Source: the human T2T-CHM13v2.0 reference genome, Homo sapiens
Length of the DNA stretch: 64,000 nucleotides
Reading direction: 5' to 3' (one strand)
Assembly (NCBI RefSeq): GCF_009914755.1
Contig: NC_060930.1
Part shown: one piece after another, positions 1-13,321 of the stretch
Layout of the letters: each line of letters opens with the position of its first letter
How positions within the stretch are numbered: the stretch's first letter is position 1
The notes under the pieces: model-generated
Seen by the model: the letters and a program-made list of their open reading frames with translations, nothing else
Told to the model about the DNA's origin: nothing
Databases searched by the model: none
Program-made: the position numbers and the translations under genes

Positions 1-979
1 CAGGTCTGGCATACCCTCCCTATCCCTACTCCTGCACTGCTGAAATGGGTTTATGTGTGTGAGTGGGCAGAGAAGAAATGGTTTTCTGGGTGTGTTGGGA
101 GAGGAGGAAGGAGAAGGTATCTCCTTGACTACATTTATTCTGAAGTTAATCTTTTTACTAAGAATCTGTACTAACAGTTCATTGCTGGACCCATTGAACA
201 AGATCCAACTGTTTAGAATGGCATTTAAGACCCTCCAGAATCTGCACCCCACCCCCAGGTACCTTACCATTCACTTCCTGCCATCATTATCCCCTTGGCC
301 AATATCTTGTCCTTTACTGACACTAAACTGACCCCTGTTCCTTCCCACATACAATATACACTTCTATGTCTTCAAGTTCCTATGAATTATTTTCTCTTCA
401 ATTTTTCCACCTTCTGCTTATTAACTTTCCCTCCTCCCCACACTGCACCCATTTTCAAAGCCAGCTCAGACATCTTCTGTACTGAAAAGCATTTGTAGAG
501 CCCCAAAGTCAGGTTCAATTATTTCTTCTCTCTACTACTCTAGAGTTTATTGCAGTATACCCCATAAAAGTCTGTGAGGTACATGTCAGTTTCCCTCACC
601 GAGATCATGCTCCTTGGCCATGTCCTGTTTATTCATTTTTCTTTACCTCCCTCATTCCATCTAGCAGATTGTCATACACATAGTAGGGACCCAGCACATT
701 TTGTTTAATTCAGTTGAGTGCATCTCTTCATTCTCTAAATTCACTACCATTCCACTGTGTTGTCACCACATCAAAAATTACTGCCAACTTTACATTGTTC
801 GTGTGAAGGACTAGAGCAGTGATACACAGATAATCCCCAAATCACTTACACTGGGCTTTAGACTGCATTACAAATTTTTTCCCCCAGCAGACTGATTTAC
901 CTTCTAATTATATACATATTTTTTGTGACAATATTAAAAGCAGTTTCATTCCCTGAACATAATAGGAATCACAGTGATG

Positions 980-1180
980 AAGGTAGCTCAGCTTTTGGGT
1001 GATCCAGAGCTCTTTGTACGGGATGGGGTTTAAATATTGGTTCTGCTACTTTCTAGCTGCAAGATCCTGAGTTTATTGCTTAATCTCTCTGAATCTTGGT
1101 CTCCTTACCCAAAAAGGAATAACAATGACAACTAATAAGTAACAAGTGCCTGGTACACAGCTGGGCAGTTAGTGATTTGT
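980..1180 (+). mobile_element. MIR SINE fragment (approximate)
   Basis: Degenerate MIR core (ggttctgctactttctagctg...ttaatctctctgaatcttggt). Confidence 0.55.
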
Positions 1181-2501
1181 ATTATTTACTTTCTTATTCT
1201 CTACTTCTCCTGCTGGATTGCCAGCTCCTGAGAGCCCATTTTTCTCTTACTCCCCCAAGTGAGCACACGGCATGGAGCCTGGAAAGAGCAGAGCAAGTCT
1301 TTAGTTAGTCATTTTTGAAACTCAGAGGGAGGAAGGACAGGATGAGGGTCCCTGTAGAGGTCAGGGGCAGAAGGCCTGGGGAGCGAGTTTCTGTGTCTCC
1401 ACCCACACCCTGCCATGGGCTCAACAGAAATCTAGGAGGTTGGGTTCTGCAAAGCTAGTCTTTATTCTGAGGGCAGGCAGGAAGGTCTGTGTACATGCTT
1501 CACATCTGCTGTGGCTTCCTAGGACAAACAGCTTTGGGGCCACAGGGAATTTGCCATGCTATTTCAGTAACAGCTCCAGGGATTTAACATTTAAACATGA
1601 GCTGCAGTTTCTGGAGCAGCAGATTCAGATCCTGAATCATCCATTTTTCTTCTCCAGGATACCAGAGATGCTGTTATATACATGAAAACAGTCAATCGAC
1701 CCTGGGACTGGCATTGTAGATGCCTGCAGCTGCAGCATCAGCAACAGGGAGCACTGCGGGGGAGAGCCCTCCTCCTCTCCAGGAGGGCTCCATGGCATTG
1801 GCTTGGGTGGAAGGGATTTATTGTTTATGTCCATGCCCTCTTTGTGAACCTATCTGGGATTGATTAAGAGTCAGCTTTGTTTAGGAGTGTGAGGAAGGCA
1901 TCTAGGGAGGATATGACAAAAGCCTCAGTTAATTCTGCTAAATAATCTTCTGGGGACCTTCTAGTCATGGAGCACTAACCACTAAATTGCTAATTAAGTG
2001 CCCAGTTAACCTTATTAATAATACTAAATGCACAGGGGCCTCCCTGATTCTGCTGGAATGTATGTTAACTGGGCTATAAAAAGGCAGCTGTGTTGAGTTT
2101 TCATGAAGGTTTGCACAGGAGAAAGCATTCAGACAACAACTAAATGATTCCTTTTGACATTTGTATTAAATTGCTCATTAGGTTTATTGTGGAAATTAAA
2201 TTACTGCGAAGCACTGTCCATTAATTCCTGATTAGGCCTGAATGTGCTAATGCAGGCATTGGGCTGTGGTGGGGCTGATTAGTTATCTGATGGCAGGCTG
2301 TGAGGTGGTTGGGGCCCTGCTAGGGAGCCTGGGGAGGGAACAGATGTTGTAAGCAGAGGGGTTCAATCTTAGAGAAATCAGTGACGACTGTGCAAATGGA
2401 ACCAGCAGCACTGACGCCAGGGGTCTCTGGAACAAGATTGGGCAGGATGTACTCTTCTTTGGCTTATAAGTTTTTCAGAGGCTAGCAAGACATGCCCATT
2501 T

Positions 2502-2823
<322 letters not shown>

Positions 2824-2889
2824 AAGACATGCCCATTTGATGATGATACAATAGTCCCTTCCCACAAACATTTATGTGGGAAAAATAGG

Positions 2890-3110
2890 AGGCATGACAT
2901 GGTGGTTAAGAGCAAGAGTTCTGGTGCCAGGCTGCCTGGGTTGGAATCTTGGCTTTGCCAGACAATAAAAGTGGCACCGTTGGACATATTAATCTCCTTT
3001 CCTCAGTTACCTCTTACAAAAAGAGGAAATAATATTACTCACTTACAGAATTGCATGAAAAATTAAATGAGTTAGTACATATAAAGCATTAAGAAAAGTG
3101 TTAGCTATTA
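2890..3110 (+). mobile_element. MIR SINE
   Basis: gtggttaagagc...cctgggttggaatc...cctcagtt...aattaaatgagttagtacatataaagcatt. Confidence 0.7.
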
Positions 3111-4630
3111 TGTCTATACACAGCAGTTTAGACTTGGAAAGGAACTCTGAGGTCATCTTCTACAATTTCTAAGCAAGGAAGTTAGGCCAGGGATCTCCAA
3201 TTTCTCAGAGCTAATTTTTGGCAAAAACAGGACTAGAACTCTGATTTTTTAAAAATCCCAATATATTTGCATTATTCTACATCAGATTGTTGTAAGTGTT
3301 TAGAAAATTGACAATAGATCATCAAAAAGTCTATGGCCAATTATCCTACTTTGAAGATACTCTGACTATACTAAGGAATTGCCAAAAAGAATGTTCCAAA
3401 GAACAAATGGAAATGTTAACAAACTATTCTTTAATTCATTTGGTCTAATAATCCATGTCTGAGTAGTTTTCTGGTTCATAAATGCCCCATGCTGATTCTT
3501 TTACTTTGACATTTATAGAAATAATTCTTTACATTTTATTGGCTGAATGCTGATGCAGAGAGAGGCTGGAGGTTAAGAATGTTTCACTTATTCATCTCCT
3601 CTCAGGGTGAGAAGAGGTACGTATTGAATTCTCCAAGTATGAGAAGGGGGCCTGTTTGTTCCCTGGCCATGCTGAGTAAGATTCGTGTGCACTCCTGTTG
3701 TCCACATTGTAGTTCTTGGTTACGTAATCTCATGGATGCTTCTATTTTCAGTTGCATTTATACAAACAATTACTGAGTAGTTAACTGCATCCCAAACTCT
3801 GTATTAGAAGGTTAGGCATCAGAGATTAAAAGAACAGCTCCTGTTCTCTAGGAGAAGCTCATAGCCTGGTGGTGATGAGTGGGGTGAATGAAGAGGAAGG
3901 AGTAGAGATAGCAAAGGCCATAGACACATAAGCAAGCAGTCTCAAGAAAGGGTGTTGTGAAAGCAATGAGTGAGCCCAGGAGAGACACTGGATGCAGAAT
4001 GGATAGAGGGAACTTTCCATGTTGAAGTATGTAAAACAAGACTTGGAGAAGGGCATTCTAGACAGAGCAGACAGCACATGTAAAGGCTAAATGGGGGGAC
4101 AAATTGGAAATAGTTTGCATTCCTGGAAACTAGAGTGAAAAGGAGGGGGATGATAAGGAACTGGTATATGGTGAGGCTCAAAAAAAAAAAAAAGGCAGAG
4201 ATCTTATTATGGTATATAGATGCCACACTCAGCATAGTAGCTGGATTTATCCTGCAGGGAATTGAAGAGATTTGAATTTAATTAGAGACAGACAGATATA
4301 ACAAAGGTCAGAGATGGAAGAGACATCTTGGGAAAGCTCCTCAGTTTATTAATTGATGACATGGACAATATAATTGCCTTCCTCTTATCACCCATGAAAA
4401 ATATTGTGTCTTTAAATTGCATCAAACTGTAAAAATAGAAATATTATATAAAGACAAAGTATTATGAATTAATAATTTATACTTTAACCCAGCATCTTCT
4501 CTACTTGGTGCCTACATAGTCATTTTGTTTTATTTAAATCTACTTTATTGAGGTATAATTGACATATCAAAAGCTGTACATATTTAATATATACATCTTG
4601 ATGAATTTGTCTATAAGTATATACCAGTGA

Positions 4631-5050
<420 letters not shown>

Positions 5051-5062
5051 TAAATGTAAACA

Positions 5063-5484
5063 CAGTGGTCCCTTTTTATCCTTGGTGGAGGGTATATTCC
5101 AAGACCCTATGGATGCCTGAAATTGTGGAGAGTACCTAATCCCATATATACTACATTTTTTTTCCATACACACATACCTATGATAAAGTTTAATTTATAA
5201 ATTAGGCACAGCAAAGGATTTACAACAATAACTAATAATGAAATAGAACAATTGTAACAATACACTACAAGAAAAGTTATGTGAATGTGGTCTCTCTCTC
5301 TCAATATAATGCCTATGTGATGAGACGAAGTAAGGTAAATGGTATAGAAGTTGTGACATATGTTAGGCTACTATTGACCTTCTTAATGAATTGTTTATTT
5401 CTGGAATTTTCAATTTAATATTTTTGGACTATGGTTGACAGGGTAACCGAAACTGTGGATAGAGGGGGCAGGTGGGGACCACTG
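5063..5484 (+). mobile_element. MER44/Tigger7-type non-autonomous DNA transposon (TcMar-Tigger)
   Basis: Terminal inverted repeats CAGTGGTCCC...GGGACCACTG; internal sequence resembles MER44B as I recall it. Confidence 0.8.
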
Positions 5485-5658
5485 CAAGTTTTGAGAATAG
5501 AAAGGCTGGAATGAAAAACTTTCCTGGAGATCCATTTGTTCTAACATGTTAGGGCCCATTGTAATTTTGGTTTTCTTTTAAATGGTTAAACATGAATGCC
5601 AGGAGAAGCTGGAACTGTTCGCCGTAAGGGTTTATGTCCTATCGGCTCCCACCTCTCA

Positions 5659-5847
<189 letters not shown>

Positions 5848-6924
5848 TTAAAAAAAAAAAAAAGGACTTCTGTTAACCTAAACCACAAATAAATGGTTAT
5901 TTTAGATAATATATGTTGATACTGTCTCAAGAAGTGGATTATGAAGGCTTAAGTGTTTTGCAATCAAAATCCTTTTAACTAGAACTTAGAGAAGAGCCTA
6001 GACTGGTTTAATGAGAAAATTTGTGCTTAAATTTCACATTGAAACTAGTTAGAAAATACTATCAAGCCAAGAGAAAGTTTGAAATTTCTCTCAGAAGGAA
6101 TGATGTATTTGGGCCACCTTTGGAAGCAGGTGGCTAAGAACGGAGGCATGGTTCTGAGGATCTGGACTTGGTCTCCATCACTAAGGGCCAAGAGGTCATC
6201 CTTCTTGCCTGTTGGTCTGGAAACCAGCAGGGGTTTCTCATTGCTCTGAATTCATATGGGCTTCCAGGACACAGAGCAAGCCCAGAGCTCAGTTTCAAAC
6301 TTGGGTTTGACAGAGTTTTCAACCTTGGATACCCAGAAGATACTAAGGCCCATTAGTTTTCTTAAAAAAGTAAAATTATCTCTGCGGAAAATTGAATATC
6401 TCTGGTTACGTACATGGTCTCTTATAGTGAAATCAGAGTTACAGAAGCTGAAAGAAGAGAACAGTTAATGGAAATTGCCCTGAGGGACAGAGCTCAACTG
6501 GATAAATGGTAGCATATGTATTTCCTCCTCATTTCTTGTCACAAACTCCCCTCCACCATGGGCATGGACAATACTACAGCCTCTCTCTAACTTTAGTAGG
6601 ACACAAGGAGGATGTGGATTCACATTTAAAAGACTTCTGATGTTTGTTTAAAAGACTTTCATTCATTCAAAAAAACACACATTGAGCATCTGTATGGGTG
6701 TAGCATGGTGCTAGGATCAATGGGACACTGAAAAGTCTGACATGCAGTATTCTTTAGAAGTATTCCATTTTGTTAGGCAAATTGGAAGTTTCATGGAACA
6801 TTTAAATGACTGTGAAATGAAATATTCTGGGGATATTTAACCAGAGAGAGGAACTTATATTAGCTTTTGAAGAAGATGGGACAGAGGGGTTGTGAGAAAA
6901 GAGATGAGAGATGAGTTGTCTTAG

Positions 6925-7335
<411 letters not shown>

Positions 7336-7690
7336 GAAATACAATATTTTCATTCTTTATTCATGCCAGCAGTTCAACCAAAACTGGAACCATGTGGCCT
7401 AATGGGCAGATAGGATGGCCAGCAAGGTCTAATCTCTGATTTATCTTGTAGAGCTGGTGAGGCTGAACTTTGTGCCTTTGCCCTGAAGCTTTGACCTGTG
7501 CCTTGGAGAGAGGTTGTAATGAAGGGGAAAGGGTTAGAGGAGTCACCTCTTAGGCCCCAGGGGTGGTAGGTCTGGTGGTAGTGGCAGTGTGAGATGCCAG
7601 GTTCTAGTCTGCCACTCCTTATACTACTGCCTCCTTTGGGGCCTACTGCCTACTTTGTGCAGCCAAAGCTCTACACACATGGCTAATGAG

Positions 7691-8466
7691 TGAGGACTAA
7701 GCTCTGAGTTTTTCTTATCTTGCCCAAATTCCTATCTAAGGGGTTTGGGGAGTCATGCCCTACAAACCATAAATTCTCATCAGATGGGTTTTATTTAACC
7801 CTATATATATAGTGTGACTTACTTTCCAATCTGACTCTGGCATAACATTATGTGACAAAGAAGAAAATCAACTTGTTTTTACTCCAAAACATGTCTCTTT
7901 GCCATATTTTGAAATGGCCATGCAAAGTCATCCTTTGTGGGTAAAAATTTGCATCTGTAAAGAATCTCTATTAACATAGCTAGATCGTTTTCTTTCAGGC
8001 CCTCCAAATCCTGAAGAGAATAACTGAGAGTCTAGCACATTTTAAAGGTCTGAATAGGGAACACTTGTCATCTATTGTCTCTAAGGGCAGCCACTATGAA
8101 ACTTCAAAAGAACCTTGGTCTACACAACCTTTTATCTTAACCTGAACATTTCCTTTCTATTGATCCCAGGTCTTTAGACAAACTGAACCAATTGTCAACC
8201 AGAAAATGTTTAAATTTACCTATAGCCTGGAAGCCCTCCCCACTTCAAATTGTCTCGCCTTTCTGTACCAAACCAATGTACTTCTGAAATGTATTTAATT
8301 GATGTCTCATGCCTCCCTAAAACGTATGAAACCAAGCTTCACCCTGACAACCTTGGACACATGCTCTCAGTACTTCCTGAGGGCTGTATCATGGACCATG
8401 GTCACTCATATTTGGCTCAGAATAAATCTCTTCAAATATTTTACAGAGTTCGACAATTTGTCGACA
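7691..8466 (+). mobile_element. Solo LTR, MER4 group (MER4D/E-like, ERV1)
   Basis: TG...CA termini (TGAGGACTAAG...TCGACA); AATAAA near the 3' end; ATGAG duplicated at 7686-7690 and 8467-8471. Confidence 0.85.
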
Positions 8467-8759
8467 ATGAGGACAGTGTTTCCCTTCTTCCACAATTAAA
8501 TTCTGTAACCATCCTCTCATCCCACATACCTTCACACTCAGAGTGGTGGCCAGTGCTCCTCTTTGCCTTAGAACACTGTGTTTATTTTTCCCTAGTTTTA
8601 CACACAGGATTTTGATCATTTTGATATCTATTTGACCTATTCATCCCGGACATAACTGAGAACAAAACCTTCACTCTTGTTGTCAATGTGGAATTATACT
8701 TCAGTGGTGAAAGAGCTTCATGATTGATTGATTGATTCATTCATTCTAACACTTGGAGA

Positions 8760-8761
<2 letters not shown>

Positions 8762-8805
<44 letters not shown>

Positions 8806-8825
8806 TTTTGTTATATATATATATA
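8762..8825. repeat. (AT)n microsatellite, compound
   Basis: (AT)21 at 8762-8803, then GGTTTTGTT and a shorter (AT) run. Confidence 0.95.
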
Positions 8826-9104
8826 AGGTTTTGTTAGGTGCTGGGGAAAAAGAGCCCCAGCACTCCACAGCTTATAATTAAATTGTTTCTTGTAACTCCT
8901 CCCCTTTTATTCTAGGTCTTAATCTATGCTTCCCCCCTCAGTACCTAGGAAGAAGTGAGAATAAAGAATAGAACAAAGTCACTGACTCTTAACCAGAGTC
9001 ACAAAAATACAGCACTAATATTATTTAAAGGATGGTTTATCCATTCTCTTTTCCTGTTTTGCTAAAGAACAAAAACAGGCACATGAAGAGCTAGATCAAC
9101 TCTA

Positions 9105-9284
<180 letters not shown>

Positions 9285-11329
9285 TCAAAATTCAATATGC
9301 TTTTTCTGTCATTCTGGAATTTACAGATATTAGGTGCCTTCTGAACTCATCTTTTTAAGATCACGTAAATATGTTCTTGAAAAAATATGACTCATACTCT
9401 GTCCTAAATTCTTCATTCTTTCTCTTAAGGACCCAAATTTGGTGCTTCCCTGTATGTGTTATACTTAAATGCTTTTGCCAGATGAGACCTGATTAATTTT
9501 TTCTTAATGACACTATATAAAGGACACATAGGCAGATGTTTACCTTGAATTTGCTCTTCTGAGGGTTTTCTTAGAATACTGCCCAAGTCTTTAAAATGTA
9601 GATTGCTTAAGCAATCATTGAGGAATAAGATTTTAATCAGAAAATCCAAGAGATGAAAGAACATTTAAGATGCTATGAATTTCACTTCTTTTAGAACAGA
9701 TCACCATAAACCATTTCAAATATGTGGCAAATGTTTTGATATTTTTAAAGATCTTCATAGAGTGCAAGTCTGGGTTCTATTCAAGCAAAGAAAAAAGCGT
9801 TATTATAATACAAATGCATTTCTATTTTGTAATAAATTATTATTTAAAAAAATGCTCAGAGAAAATAGTGTTATAGTTAATTGGTTTATATTTAGCCAGA
9901 AACAACTTTCCATTTCAACCTTAATTAGGCAAAAACATAGAATGCCTTAGTTTATTCTTGTGTTTTAGAAAACAAGATATACTGAAAAATGATTCAATCT
10001 TTCCTTACTCCCTGAAGAGTATGTGGTACCTGGGAATCTGCGGTCACAAGTGGTTACTTGTCACTGTGAGGCTCTGTGAAGTAATTGCCCTGGGTGTGGA
10101 ATTGTGCTTCCTAGTGGGGGCGTGAGAGTGGGTATCAGAATCATCTAGGCAAGGCAGTTTTTTGGCTAATAAAGTACATACCCTGTGGCATATCAGAACC
10201 TCAAAGGATGTGGTCCCTGGCATCTTCCCCTTCTGCCCTCATTGAAGAATCCTGCTGTGAGCAATTGGGATGGAGGTGTTCTGTGCTCTGGACTTCATCA
10301 GACTATTACCAATGTAAGGCACCTTCAAACTTTGTAATTCTATGAATAATCGGTTTATGCTACAATTTTTGTTACAATAAAAAAGTACTTAGCTGGTACC
10401 CTAGAAGAACAAATTTTTATTTGGCTATCCTTCCATTTTATTGCCTTGAAAAGATAAATTATTCACATACTTACACCTAAAAACAATTATTAGGTAGCCT
10501 GGGTTTGTCTTCGAGCACATTCAGCCTCTTTTGGAGATTTCTCACTCTTCCTTCACACCTAGGCACCTAGTAACATTTCCCAATCAAAATCTAATCTTAA
10601 CTGTTCTGTGTGTATACTTCAACTGGAGGTGTCCAGAAGTACTGGGGAAATAATTCTAAAACATTTGTTGCTAGAACTTAAATATATGGTGATGATATAT
10701 CATATTATATTATAATATATGAATTGTCCACTGATCCCTCAAAGTTTTTATTTAAAAAAATGAAAAATAATTTATAAGAAAGGGGTCATATTAACTTACT
10801 CTAACTTACTAAATCTAATCTTGTTATTACAAAAGTTTCTATCAGCTAAAGTACATTACCTTCAAGTTTAAAGTAGAAATACAAATTTCAATTCTCTTAT
10901 TAATTTTGTTTTCCCATATTGAAATGAAGTCAGTACAAAACGTCTTTTTACATGTTTATATGCTCCTCCTCTAAATAATACCTTTTTGAATAAGACTTGA
11001 TATTAGGTGTCACAGGTCAAATTTGAGCTGTTTATATGGGGGAATTAACTATGTAGCTCTTCTTTTTATTGTTAAAAATGCATTTTACTGTCATTTTATA
11101 ATTAAAATTCAACTAGGCTTGTCCTATTATTAGCTACAAGTCAGTCCAGAAATGATAAATTAGCTGAACTTAGGAGAAAATTGAAATATAGGCACAGCCG
11201 GCTTTCTCTGAATGTCAGTAAAGGAAGAAATGGGAAAGTAATATCATTTATTTACAAATATCTATTTTCTCAATTTCTACATTTTAAGTCATGAAAAATT
11301 AATTTCTTAAAACATTATTCACATTACCA

Positions 11330-12060
11330 AAAATCAAATGAACTGGGGAACACATTGCCCAGAGAATAGTTTTATTGTGTATATTTAAAAGTATTCTTTT
11401 ATGTGAAAATGGGAAGACTGCAATAGAAATATACATGAAAGAGAAATTTCAAACATCTAATAAACACAGGAGAAATGATTTTCCTCTGCCTTTTGGCAAA
11501 CTCTAGAATAAATAGTAATATTCAATATTGATAAGTGCTGCAATGAGACAGGTTCTTGTCTTTTCTGCCAGTGGGATATTTAAATTGTAACAAAATTTCT
11601 GGAAAAAAAATTTGGCAAAATTTATTAAAAGCCTTAAAATCCATAGTGTTTGACTTAGTAATCTATTTTGAGAAATTAGTGATTTGACAAAGATTTATGT
11701 TTAAATATCTTAATTAAAACACTATTTGTAATGTCAGATACAATGATGCAATGGTTAAGTTGATGACATCCATATGGATGCAACAGAATGTTGCAAGTCA
11801 TTAAAATGATAACTTTGAAGAAATTTTAGTGAACTATAAAATATCCTTTACATCAGGTTAAGTGGAAAAAATGATACAAACTCTAAGTAAATATGGTCTC
11901 AGTAATATGTGTATATAATAGAAGAAAGAAGGCAGAAAATAGGCAGTAAATGTTCATGATGGTTGTTTCCAAACTGTAAGATATTGAATGGTTTGGTTTT
12001 ACCTTTATTCTTTTCTGTATTTTCCAAGTTGTATGCAATAAATTTAAATTATGTTATAAA
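11330..12060 (+). mobile_element. Ancient L1 (L1ME-like) 3' fragment, approximate
   Basis: Degenerate L1 3' motifs (tttctggaaaaaaaatttggcaaaa...tttgacttagtaatc...). Confidence 0.5.
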
Positions 12061-12144
12061 GTTAGAAATATAAGCTAGTTTTGAGAAAGTACATTATAAA
12101 CATTATCTTTAATTAGGAATTGTTTTATAAATAACATGCTATCA

Positions 12145-12327
<183 letters not shown>

Positions 12328-13303
12328 TTAAATTTCTTATACTGAGTAGACCTAAAAGTTATAGGAAAAGCATACTTTAAAACTAGATTGACCTATTTTT
12401 AAACTACAGAAGTAATATTTGAATATATTCTCATTGAGGAAAAATGCAAAAAACTCTCCAAAATGGTTATGTTTGACTCCAGTGTTTTCCGTAAGCATCC
12501 TTTTTTTTGTGGTCCTGGGGTTCTGTGGTAGGCAAAGCTGGTCTTTGGGGTCTAATGTTATAGTTCCATTCCACTTACACTGTGTTCTTGACATCAGAGA
12601 TAATTGATGACATGATCTGTGACTGAAATATTCTTGCTAAAATCTCAGACCCTCAAGCCTGCATATCCAGAGTCATTAAGCTTATCTAATAAAGTAACTC
12701 TTGTGGTTACAGTAATGGGAAAGAGATAGATTTCTGGGTAATACAAATTTACTAAATCTGTATTCTGGGCACAGCCACTGTCTGTAATGGTAACTAGCCA
12801 GGAAGTTGGGGGTAGGTTCTCAGTGCCATGGAATGATGATGTGGAAGAGATTCTAGGAGCAGATCCAAGGTCATGGTGGTAGAGCTATTTGTGTATAATA
12901 TTGGCCCATTCTAACAAGCTTTACTTAGAAAGGAGTAGTGGTGAGAGAGCCAGGTGGGAGGAGGTCCCCCCAAAAACTCCAACTGGCCTGCCCTCAGGGA
13001 TGGAGCCTTGGGAAGTTTGTGCAGTTTGCAGTGGGGAGGAGCCTGGCCCCTCCTCTTCCTGTGTGGAACCTGGGATTCAAGCTGCATGCGGGAAGCACTC
13101 TAGCAGGGACTCTGTGCGGGAAGCACTCTAGCAGGGACTCTGCGCTAGCAAGAGTCCCTATTTTCCCCTTTTCTTCCTTTTCACCCAATAAAACCCTGCT
13201 TTACTCACCCTTCAAACCATCTGCAAGCCTAAATTGTCATGGCTGTGGGACAGACAAGGAACTTGTCTTTAGCTGAACTAAGGATAAGTCCTGCAACATT
13301 TTT

Positions 13304-13321
13304 TGGCGCCCAACGTGGGGC
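13304..13321 (+). promoter_or_regulatory. Retroviral primer-binding site, tRNA-Lys1,2 (CUU)
   Basis: TGGCGCCCAACGTGGGGC, the complement of the tRNA-Lys(CUU) 3' end including CCA, directly after the 5' LTR. Confidence 0.92.

Noticed and set aside
12942-13298. p53 response element reported for some MER61 subfamilies
   Set aside because: I could not find paired RRRCWWGYYY decamers in either LTR by eye; a PWM scan would settle it.
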